The notes under the pieces: model-generated
What the model saw: the letters and a program-made list of their open reading frames with translations, nothing else
The model's database searches: none
Told to the model about the DNA's origin: nothing
Shown: positions 11,701 to 23,470 of the stretch, in pieces
Position numbering within the stretch: position 1 is the stretch's first letter
Layout: each line of letters opens with the position of its first letter
Source of the DNA: Octopus sinensis
Taxonomy: Eukaryota
Direction: 5' to 3'
NCBI RefSeq assembly: GCF_006345805.1
Contig: NC_042999.1
Span: 44,020,001 to 44,084,000 of the forward strand
Length of the DNA: 64,000 nucleotides
Program-made: the position numbers and the translations under genes

Positions 11701-13458
11701 CCTCCTGCTTAATCATTTAATAATACTTTGTAATAATGGTGATGATTTTATGGTAGCAAAACTTCAATGTAAGTAGAGTTGTGTGTCATAGTCCACAGGG
11801 TGGATGGTATGAGCTCAATAAAAAATTTCATCACATAAATAATTTTATAAATATTCTGTTAATTTTTTTAAGAAATTGCAATATCTTAAGTTTTGTAAAG
11901 AGACTATTTCAATAGAAAATGTAAGAACAAATAAAAAGAAGGTATAATGAGGTTTAGACACAGTATTGTGGGCCTCAGATTGGAACCAAGTTCTTCCTTT
12001 GATTTCTGATCAAAGAAGGGCAGCTAAAGTTCAAAACTACTGCACTGAATACAAATCTTAAATGTTATGATTTCTAACAGATCTTTAGTTTGCTACATCA
12101 ATGAGGTTGTTGTTATTGCTGGGAGAGCAGGCCCATGTTAAAAGGTATTTTGGTTGTGACCTTCCTTTTTCTATGACTGTAGCATGGGATTTGAAGGAAT
12201 TAGGTTATTTCTAGAAAATTAAATGACCATGCATCGGCTCTGTCAGATGGGGGTACACAATGGAAGTAGGGTGGGAACATTCATTGGCATTTTACATTCA
12301 ATTAAATGACAGTAGTCTCCAGTGAAAAAAAAAGACAGTCTAAGGGTTGTGCCTATTTCAAGCTTAAGAACAGGTCAAGGGTTATGCCCCTTCCCCTGCA
12401 TACATTTAGGGGTGAGGCTTTAAACGTTTGCTTTACCTAACAAAATTGCTTGAAATTGCAAGTTGCTATCTGGTAGTATGCTTAACCTTTTAGATATCAG
12501 TATCTCTGAATCACTTCTGGTTCTATTATACAAAATGTGTACATTGTAAATTATTTCTCTTTAAACTATAACCTGCCATTATAATTTTATATAAGAGTTT
12601 TTTAAGTTAGCTTCTAATCACGAGCTTAACCCTACAGCATTCAAGTTACTTTTCCACATGTAGTACTTATTTTTTTTGCTTTGAATTGATCATACATTCA
12701 TTTCATAGCTTCAAAATTTTGATGTTGTGATCGTTTATTTTTACAAAAAACATTAAAGGGTAGGAGTGAGAAACTATATCTGGCCAGCTTGAATGTAAAA
12801 TAGGTAGGACATTTTGACCTGATATGGCCAGTTTAATAGATGGAAAAGATAAGTTACTTTACTCTCTTCAAATTGGATTAAAATTCATTGGTAGTTTATT
12901 TTATAAAAAAGGATGACTATAAAAGTATTAAAGTGAACCAGATTTGTAATCGCTGTTGAAACACCTTCACTTACTCTTCAGAAACATGGAAATGCTATGG
13001 CTTCTTGGTGCCCCTCAGTTACTTCCCCCTGGTTGTTGTTCTTAAGTCATTCCCCAAATTTAATAGTTTGTTTTTATAAACGCCTGTTAGATGTCTGCTT
13101 GTTGTCATTTTATCACAGTTGTACTCTTGCTAATCTATTTAGTTATTGTATTTTGTCTTTGTTCTTTTTTTGTTTTCTTGTTATTGTGACCCACTCATAG
13201 AAGGTAGACATTAAATGATGATTAATTTTAGTTTTCACTGTTTATTACATAAATGTGTCACCTGTAATCTTGTTATCTTGTGTAAGTTGTATTATACTGA
13301 TAGTTAGTCTGCATAGAATGTGAGATATTCTTTGTATTGTTAGTTCTTATTATGAAACTGATATGGCATCTATTACTCTACAGGAAGTGTTGTAGGAGCT
13401 GGTGTTCTTATTTTTACTTTTCTATTATTATCATTAATATTATTGTGGATTGGTATGT

Positions 13459-13720
13459 GAAGATGCATGGGTTAGTGTTACACTCACGATTGTGAGAGAC
13501 TGGGTTCTTGAACAAAACTCTTCCGCTCATGTTGCTCTGTGATCACTTCAACACCTGATGTGTGGTACTCTGGTGCACCTGTTCAGGCAACATTGATTTG
13601 ATGGAGAGAGTGAACTAATGTACAGCACATACATTTGATCATTATAAACAAATCATTCGTGCAGGTCGTTTAGCTAAAGCTGAACACTTGTGCATCGTCT
13701 TAGACAGGAGAGTTCATCAT
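13459..13720 (+). mobile_element. tRNA-derived SINE family F (decayed)
   Basis: Homologous to the split copy at 42375-42990 (gttcttgaacaaaactc.., gttgctctgtgatcacttc.., ggcaacattgatttga). Confidence 0.55.
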
Positions 13721-13732
13721 AGTGAATTGGTA

Positions 13733-14545
13733 AGGGTGGTGGCTTAGCAGAATCCTGAGAAGATCAGGCAATTTCTTCTGGCTCTTATATTCAACTAAAA
13801 TCCTGCTGAGATCAACTTTACCTTTTTTATCCTTCTGGGGTCAGAAAAATAAAGTAACATCTAAATACTGTAGTCATTTTAATCAGCTTTACCCTTCCAC
13901 TCAAAATTACTGTTCCTGAGCCTAAATTAGAAGTAATTATATTATTATTTATTATATTATTCAAAGGGTGCCAGATTGCAACATGAGTAAAAGAGCCAGA
14001 CAAAATTCCTTGTAGTATTTAGTTGTACCCAAAGTTCAAATCCTTCCATGGTCAGTTTTGCCATTTATCCCTCCTAGGTTTGATATTATAAAGTACAAGT
14101 CAGTGTAACCAGCTGTCACCCCCACCCTCAAATCTGAGGCCTTGTGCCTGCATTAGAAACATTTACAAAGGTTGTAGGTTGGCAGTCATTTGAAAATCAG
14201 ACAAAATATTTTGCAGTATTTGTTTTAGATCTTCATGTTCTGAGTTCAAATCTCTTTGGAATTGATAAATATAGTATGAGTCATTTACGTAGACCTGTAA
14301 CTAATTCCTCTCTTGAAATTCTGGCCTTATGCCTAAATTAGAAAGAATTATTATCAATATTATTAAGATGATGGTGATACAGAAATGCTAAATTAAATGC
14401 CTTGGTGTTTTATCTTCATTTTACCTTCTAAGAATCCCACTGAAATTGACTTTGACTTTCATTCTTTTGAAATAGATACAACTAATTACTCTGCTCCCAT
14501 AGAATTGTAGTCTTGTAAGCAAAGTTAGAAATATTTATCATCATC
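13733..14545 (+). mobile_element. Head-to-tail array of about 4 decayed SINE-B copies
   Basis: Repeated cagaa..ttag / gttcaaat / ctttcatcc / aagtac / ccttgtgcc..attattatt modules. The array ends about 30 nt before exon 2. Confidence 0.65.
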
Positions 14546-14574
14546 TAATTTTACCATTTCGATTTTATCTACAG

Positions 14575-14773
14575 ACCTACCATGAAGAGCTGTTACAAAG
14601 ATCCCCTCGCCACAAGTTATTAAATGACTATGCTCGCCAGTTACTCAAGCGATATCCTGCTTTAAAAGGAGATGTCTATGTACGACTACAGCTATTAAAT
14701 GCTCAGTGGCAGAAAATTGAGCAAGCAATCTCCCCATCAAAGGGTGTACAAGACTGGAAGACAATGCTTATTG
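14575..14773 (+). CDS. Coding exon 2 of the spectrin-repeat gene
   Basis: ttttatctacag|ACC acceptor and G|gtaagc donor. 199 nt, phase 0/1: TYHEELLQRSPRHKLLNDYARQLLKRYPALKGDVYVRLQLLNAQWQKIEQAISPSKGVQDWKTMLI. Contains a helix-C-like 'LQLLNAQWQKIEQ' motif and is in frame with exon 1. Confidence 0.92.
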
Positions 14774-14820
14774 GTAAGCCTCTTTTTGCTTTAATAAATC
14801 TTTTTCAGCATCAAAGTGTT

Positions 14821-15797
<977 letters not shown>

Positions 15798-16000
15798 TAA
15801 GCTAAGTATTAATTTTTTATTACCTCATCATCTTCAATTTACAGTGGCATATGTCTAGATGAGATATTGAAATTAATCTGAGCAAAGATCTTTCATCACA
15901 TGTTTTTTTTTTTTTTTTGAAATGCATTGTTTGTCAGCCTTTATGCTCCATTAGCTCTTATCGCCTGGATCAGATGTTTCCTGTTGAACCACTCCAACCT

Positions 16001-16115
16001 GCATCCTAAAGGCTAGGTTTCCTTTTCTGAGCAAGAAAATACTTCAAACCTCATCAGATGCTGAATCTGTATATAATTTTAAGTGCAGCTCATATTGGAG
16101 TACTGGGATGGTATT
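16001..16115 (+). mobile_element. Decayed CR1/Jockey-group LINE RT C-terminal fragment
   Basis: Translates AS*RLGFLF*ARKYFKPHQMLNLY, a frameshift, then VQLILEYWDG. This resembles the 'KLGVLFRARKYF...LY...RP.LEY' region. Confidence 0.6.
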
Positions 16116-16782
16116 GTTGCCACATATTCAAATTTTGAAGACCGCATTCAAATGAAGGTTCTTTTATTCATTCATGTTATTATTATTATTTTTTTTTTTT
16201 TTGTTTTGTGAATATATGTTGGACAGATACTTATTACTGAGTTATTATTGTACAGTTAGATGCCCTATATGTCACTAAATTTTGTTCTACAAGAAAGGAT
16301 ATTTCATTCTCCAGTGTCTTCGAAAAGGCAGGGCTATGGCACAATTTTTGCTAAAAAGGAATACTCCTGTATCAATATAAAGACAGTTCGTTTCATGAGA
16401 TGATACAAAATGTGAACATTTTCACAGACCAGCATACACACACACACTTACATACACATTTGTCTGTCTGTCTGAATACACACACACACACACACTTCTA
16501 TAATGTCCCTCTATAAATTCTACTTAGAAGATATTGGGTCAGACTGTGGCTATAGCAAAAGATGCTCATGGTGTGATACACTGGGCTAGAACTTGAAACC
16601 TCATTTTTACAAACTGAGCTCTGTGCTTCATCTTACTAGCAAAAATTCACTCACCATCAAACTATGACCATAAATTCACAGATGTGCTGGTTTTTCTGTC
16701 TATCATTATTGAAAAAAATCTCTAAACTAGGTAGTTGCAAATGCCCCCTTCATGAAGGCTTATTTCTTTTGTCTCCTATCAG

Positions 16783-17048
16783 CAGCAGTTCCCAACCGTT
16801 TTTGCACTACAGAACCATTTCATGCAAAGCAATTTTTCTATGGACCAAGGAATCGTGTGTCAAACAGAACATTAAATTGCATAAAATATATTTTAATTCT
16901 TACATATATAATGCAAAAATACCTTGCAGACTGGGATAGTCAATAAAATAGAAAGAGAAGAATTTATTCCTTCCGTGTAGCCTAGTACCAAATTACAAAA
17001 TGATTCATGGCTCAGTTCTAGTCTGCAGCCTGGTTGTTGGTGACCCTG
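16783..17048. mobile_element. Possible hAT-Charlie-like MITE
   Basis: cagcagttcccaacc ... gttggtgaccctg imperfect TIRs. No 8-bp TSD could be recovered. Confidence 0.4.
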
Positions 17049-17894
17049 GTTGTTACCATCCATGCTGTGTCATTCATTTTAGATCTTGTATTTAAACACT
17101 TTACACAAACCTTCCTTGACAGAGCTGCAGTCCTTTACATTTTTCTCCATTCCTACAGATGTCAACTTATAGATGTTTAATATGAAAGTCACCACATTGA
17201 TTTCATCAGGCTTAGTGGGGCCTGCAAGAGGTTAAAAGGTCATGCCTCTCATCTGATTTTATAAAATTCGTATTTTATAAAGTAAAATACGAAGTTGAGG
17301 TTTTACTGTTGAAAAACATTCCTCCCCATCTCTCTCCCAGGAAAGAAATGGCTTTGGCTTCTGGCAGTAATTTTGGTACTACTTATGGAATATATGTCAG
17401 TCATAAATTCCCTGTACTCTCTTTCCACTATTTCAAAATACGTTATCAGCAAGCTATATTTTCCATTCATTGCTATTTATAGCTCACGTAGACTTCAATT
17501 GAGAAGTAAACTTATTTTCCAGGGATACAACACAACACAGTAATAGGATATGAGACAACAAACTCTTAGTTGGCTTTATTTATTTATTTATTTTATATAG
17601 CAGATGGGTGAAATACTGTGTTGTTGGTTATAGGTTTACAACAGGCTAATGACTGGCTTACTGCATTACTGATGATGAGAATAACAAGATAATATCACTC
17701 GTGTTGTGTTTTTCATTCAAGATTTTGGACTTATGAATTATTGATCTTGTGGTGCACCTGAGCACTGTATACAATAATTTCATTATTATTATTATTATTA
17801 TTGTTATTATTATTTTATATTGGGTGGGGAGAAATAGCAAATTCTTGGTAAATGGGATTCACGCCCCCATAATGAGTTTCTTGAAATTACTCCA

Positions 17895-18310
17895 CTGTTC
17901 TTATTACTCCTTCAAAAATTTCACATTTGTTATATTCAAATCCAGACAGCATCAACTTCGTCTTTCATCCCTCTGGCTTTCATAAAGTACCAACCAGGTA
18001 CTGATGTCAATTGTAATCAACTAATTTCCTCCCCTCAAAAATTGCTAGCCTTGTGCCATCATCGTCATCATCGTCATCATCATCGTCATGATGATGATGA
18101 TGATGATGGAGGCAGTGAGCTGACAGAATCATTAATATGGTAGACAAAGTGTTTAGCAGCATTTCATCTGTTTTTACATTTTGAGTTCAAATTCCACCAA
18201 GGTTGACTTTGCCTTTCATCATTTTGGGGTTGATGAAATAAGCACTGGTCAGGTATTGGCGTTGGTGTCCTCAATCAGCTCCCTCCACCAAAATTTCATG
18301 CTTTGTGCCT
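17895..18310 (+). mobile_element. Two tandem SINE-B copies
   Basis: Two ctttcatc../aagtacc modules. The second head ggaggcagtgagctgacagaatc follows a (CAT)n(ATG)n tract. Confidence 0.65.
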
Positions 18311-18317
18311 ATATCTT

Positions 18318-18680
18318 TTGTCTTTTACTTGTCTGGCATTAGACTGCAGCCATGCCTGAACATTGCTTTGAATTCTTAGTCGAAGAAACTGATCCTTGTG
18401 CTTATTTTTTCTTAAACCTGGTGCTTATTCTGTTGGGTTTTTTTTTGCCAAACTGCTAGGTTACAGGGGCATAAACACTAACATTGGTTGTCAAACAGTG
18501 GTGGGACACACACACACACACAAATACACAACAAGCTTCTTTCAGTTTCCATCTATCACATCCACTCACAAGACTTTGGTTGGCAAGAGGCTCTATAGTA
18601 GAAGACACTTGTCCAAGGTGTCACACAATGGAACCATGTGGTTGGAAAGCAATCTTCTTACCACACAGCTACACTTGCAT
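18318..18680 (-). mobile_element. SINE family A (decayed)
   Basis: cttttacttgtc ... (CA)n ... agaagacacttgtccaagg ... ggaaccatgtggttgg. Confidence 0.75.
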
Positions 18681-18745
18681 CTATAGTAAAAAAAAAAAAG
18701 ATTATCATGCTTCTGTAGGAATTAGTACAAATGTAAGCTGCTAGA

Positions 18746-19116
18746 GAATTAATGCATTCGAGCTTTGGTGTTGAAGACTTTTACGAATCCCATGGACAGT
18801 GAGGCTCACCAATGGAGAAGTTCTTAAGCAGATCAGGTTGAAAATGTTGCTCGAAGCTAGGATCACCAAGCATAGATAGGCATATTTCGGTCATATTATG
18901 CGGAGAAAATCCCTGGAGAAGGACATCATGCTCGGAATGGTCAGTGGCAAGAGAGGAAGAGGCCGACCAAGAACCCGCTGGCTTGACACCATCAAGAGGG
19001 ATATTGGAATGGACATAGCCAATCTGAAAGAAGCGGCCCAGGATAGAACTGACTGGAGGACACTGATCCAACAAGTGACCGAGAGTCGACTTCGACTAAG
19101 CGGATAGATAGATAGA
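18746..19116 (+). mobile_element. 5'-truncated RTE (BovB-like) LINE with a 12-bp TSD
   Basis: Translates RINAFELWC*RLLRIPWTVRLTNGEVLKQI...YFGHIMRRKSLEKDIMLGMVSGKRGRGRPRTRWLDTIKRD...DRTDWRTLIQQVTESRLRLSG*. (GATA)n tail. TSD taagctgctaga at 18734-18745 and 19117-19128. Confidence 0.92.
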
Positions 19117-20535
19117 TAAGCTGCTAGACAAGGCATTCCATTTGATGTCCCATTTCATAATTCAATTCACATCAGAGCTATTATACGTATGTTGGTTGGT
19201 TAACTGGGCGCTGGAAATTCGTTCAAGTTGCAGGTGGTTTCCTACGTAAAGCCAACCACAATATTCTCTTTTAATGAATCATACTTATTTCCAATTCGAT
19301 GTTACAAAAGTTACTTTGCCAACGGCTGTTATGCTGAATACCAGTAGCTTAGTGTGTGAGAATGTATATTTGTCAGGAAAGAGAAAATGTAAATCATGCT
19401 TGGGGAGGTGGTCTTTTAGCACATGTGTTCGAAGTGGCATGGCTATCGGTGGACCAAGATAACATTTATGAGTTTCACTAAAATACAGGCCAAGATAAGC
19501 TGATATGCTGTGGCCATTGTTTGTTGCTAGGTTGATGCAGTTTCTAATGCTATGTGTAACAGCTGTGCAACTAAGACTGCCTGCTGGTTGGTTGTAAGAT
19601 TAAATCTAATGCAAATATTTTGTTGTTTATAAACAGAGCACTTTATTCTGCATTGTTTCAGTTCACACAGCTATCTGTAATAGGTATCAACTAGAAATGA
19701 TATATGCGAGTGAGATTTATTGCTTTTCCAGGAGACGCCTTCTCTTAAAAATTCTCTGATAGTCATTTGCCATTTTTATATATCAGTGATGCACAATCTG
19801 GTTTATACCAGGGTTTCCAGCCTGGGTGTTTGCAGCTTTTGGTGATGTGAAATGGCTTTTTGGAGGTGTGATAAAGAGTGTTAGATATGTTCTAAGCACA
19901 CAAAGAACTTCATTAATTTTACATATGTAGATATAACCGTTAAAAGATCATGACCAAAAATTGTCTCCACTGTTATTCCACTTGTAATGACATAGTTGTG
20001 TGATTCACTTAAATCCACAGGCAGACATGCAGACCTCAATTAGTAAGAAAGATTCATATCTCGACAGTCACAAATAAGAAGCTGGAGCAAAGAATTCATT
20101 GAATTTTGTTTCCAAACAAGATTGATTTCACTGTTTAGAGTTTTTGTTTCTAATTACTCAAGTTTACATTAGCTTTTTACGCGAGTCACAAGTTTATATT
20201 TCTTAAGTTTATTCACCCATTGTACTGTATGCTGTTCATTCATAAATCAAAAAAAATTTTTTTCAAAGTTTTCATGTGTGATATTTGTAGGTGGTGCAAA
20301 CATTAAACATTTCCTAGGGTGAGGGCCATAGGAAAGGTTAGGAACCAACTAGTGTGTATCAAAGAATTTGGGTGGTCCATGGTGACTTCTATGAGTATGT
20401 CCTATTGTATTTCCTCATTTAATTAAAAGTAAATTTGTATTTGGTGACCCATTATGTTTTCTTTCTAAATTATGCAGAAAAATTTCTGAAAAAGGTATGA
20501 TAATATACTGCAATATACTTAAACCAACTTATAAC

Positions 20536-20865
20536 CTCTTCTCTACTAAATTGGACTGCTGTCTCTATAATAAATAATTGTAGAAGAAATTAGCATTTCA
20601 TTGTGCAAACAATCTGCTACTGTGCAGCTCTATATGGCTCTAGAGCCCTGATTGAATTAGCCCAAGATTCTGATGATCGAATGTATAGATCCCATCTAAA
20701 CAGATGGGATATGCAGGGCTTGAATGCATTCAAGCTTAGGAATCATAAGTTTGTTCAATCAAGTCTAATATAGAACTTCACAGCAGCAGATTGTTTGCAC
20801 AGTGAAATGCTAATTTCTTCTACAATTATTTATCATAGACTGTAGTCCAGTTTGGTAGAGAAGAG
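20536..20865. mobile_element. Unclassified MITE/foldback with about 100-bp TIRs
   Basis: 20536-20635 is the reverse complement of 20768-20865 (roughly 90%, with a 31-bp perfect core). Internal hairpin at 20689-20710 and an 18-bp palindrome at 20718-20735. Confidence 0.8.
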
Positions 20866-21759
20866 ATGCATTATCTAAGATGGTGTAGTTTGATTTGAAA
20901 TGAAAATTGCTGCTGTTTCTCGCATATCATAGGACTACATACAGGTTCCCTTATTGCCAAGTAGTATTAAACTATTCATCTCAACACTGATGTTACTAAT
21001 ACGGTTGGTAATTTAGTAACGCTCATGTTCATTCCGAATTGAATACGAAATGTGAATTTCCATTTCTAGAATGAATACACCCATGAAAGGCATTTAATAC
21101 GAACAACTATGATTAATTATAGATCCTTTCTTTGTTATTCTTTAAAAAAAAAAAATTGAAAATAGGCATTAACTGATCTTATCGAAATTATCTCTCGAAC
21201 ACACATGCACACGTTTTTACTAATCTTTTGTATAACCCCAGCTGATTGTTTTGCTAATGACTTACATTTTATGCCAAACTGTCAAATGCATTGACACGTT
21301 GCTGTCGAAGGGAAATAACTCTTTAATTTTCCTTTTCCATTAAAATTTCGTTCAACTAGTTTAGCTACTGCTTCATTTGTTTTTCGGTGAAATATTTTCA
21401 TTTCCGCATTTTTACTGCTGGCAGAAAACGCGTCAAGTACGTAGCTTCTTTTTGACTTTTATAAAATAACAACATTCCAATCGTGGCCAGTTCATTTTTT
21501 TCTTTTTCCAAGATGTTATGGATATAATTCAGAGGTGTATTAGGCTGTTGTTTAGATCAAGCATACACAATAGTGTCCTCCTTAAAAATTTGTTTACTTG
21601 AGTCTATAGCCATAATCATTATTATAATTCTTATTTCTTAATGGAAGCAAATTTTGTGATAAACAATTGCCATCGTCCCATGTCACAAGTTGATACATTC
21701 TTAATTCAAACTCCAAAACCTTGATGTTAATTTCTAACTGCCTACACATTCTCAAGCTA

Positions 21760-22215
21760 CTAATAAATTGGTACATCCAGGATGATTTTGTACTGTGCAG
21801 GTATCTTGATCTGAGTAAAGATTGACAAAACTCTTCCTGTTCAGTATTTGAGCATTGCTGAGTTGTGGAATTAACATATTGAACAGACTATTAGCAGAGT
21901 CCATCATAAAGATTTGTTTATGTATTTCTTTGGCTTGGAAGAGCAAGAAATTTTCCTCTGTCTGGTGGCTATGGTGAAAGAGACTGCATGATATTTGCAT
22001 CGCAAAGGATTGAGAACAGATGTTTCCTTCTTCAGCCAACCCCTATCAATTTCATATTCCACTTGGGGAGGGAGGATAAGAGGAGCAAGAACTGGCTCTC
22101 AGAATGCATCTCTGGCCCAGAAGTGGGAGAAAGTATTATCCCTTTGTAGTCTGAGTAACCCCCGAATCTGTAGGGTTCCTGTCCCCTCCTCCACACTCGA
22201 GCTTTTTATTTCATG
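21760..22215 (+). mobile_element. Probable decayed L1/Tx1-type LINE 3' end
   Basis: Frameshifted peptide pieces (LCLVAMVKETA, KGLRTDVSFFSQPL, WEKVLSLCSLSNP) and a short 3'UTR-like tail. Motif recognition is weak. Confidence 0.35.
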
Positions 22216-22574
22216 CTTTTAGAATATATTAGTTTTCATAATTTGTTTTTTTATAACAACCAATTATGCGTAAGCCCCATCCATTTATATATTTTTACGT
22301 GATTTGTTTTTGTAATGCCCCCCCCCCTCATATGTCATGTTTTGTGACAAATTAAAAAATCATTATTAACAATTAGAGAAGTAAAGAAACAACTCACATA
22401 AGGTTCATATGAGCTTCTACTGCACCATCAGGTGTACTGGCAACATTGTCTAAAAGTGTGCAAGAGTGTGTGCGTATTAATTTTAGTTCACTTTTTTTGT
22501 GAAATTTCTTTTGTTGTTTATTATTATATTGGCAGGCTCCCAGAATCGTTAATATCCTGTGTAAAATGTTTTCT

Positions 22575-22735
22575 CTCTTTTACTTGTTTCAGTCATTTGA
22601 TAGCGGCGATGCTGGAGCACATCGACCCCAGGACTTATTCTTTAGAAGCCTAGTACTTATTCTATAAGTCTCTCGTGCCAAACCGCTAAGTTACAGGGAC
22701 ATAAACACACCAACATCGGTTGTCAAGCGTTGTAG
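22575..22735 (-). mobile_element. SINE family A, 3' half only
   Basis: tcttttacttgtttcagtcatttg ... catcggttgtcaagcg. It stops before the microsatellite. Confidence 0.8.
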
Positions 22736-23470
22736 AGCTGTTAGCATGTCAGATAAAATGTTTAGTGACATTTCTCTTTACATGCTGAGCTCATTGTCCC
22801 ACTGAGGGCAACTTTGCCTTTCCTCTTTTGGGGGCTCAATAAAATGTATACCAGTCACGTTCTGGGGTTGATGTAATCAACTAGCTCACTTCCCCCAAAT
22901 TTCGGGCCTTGTGCCTCTAGCAGAAAGGATTATTATTAAAGCAACAAGCTGGCAGAATTGTTAGTGTGCCAGACACAATGCTTAGCAGCATTTCTTCTGG
23001 CTTACATTCTGAGTTCAGATTCCACTGAGGTCAGCTTTGCCTTTTATCCTTCCAGGGTTAATAAAATAAGTACCAATTAAGCACTGGGGTCAATGTAATC
23101 GACTTCTCCCTTTGTAAAATTCCAGGCCTTGTGGCTATGATAGAAAGGATTATTATTATCATTATTATCACATGGTGAACTGGTTGAATTGTTACAGCAT
23201 CAGGCAAAATACCTATTAGGTCATCTTCATTTTTCATCCTTCCAGAATCAATAAAATACAGTACCAGTCATGTACCGACTGTTAAGTTAATTGACTACCA
23301 TCCTCCTCTACATTTGTAATTTTGTGCTTAAGCTAGAAATTATTCTTTATTCAGTGATGGATTGGCCAAACTGTTAGTGTCAAACATAATGCCTTTCAGT
23401 GTTTGTTCTGAGTTCAATGGACTGTCCCTCCGTCCTTAATTTTGTGCCTATCTGAGAATTCTTCATTACT
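22730..23470 (+). mobile_element. Head-to-tail array of about 4 SINE-B copies
   Basis: Units at about 22730, 22945, 23172 and 23360, each following the attatt tail of the previous one. Confidence 0.7.

Noticed and set aside
17160-17175. Strong acceptor tttttctccattcctacag
   Set aside because: There is an in-frame stop within 4 codons and no matching donor.
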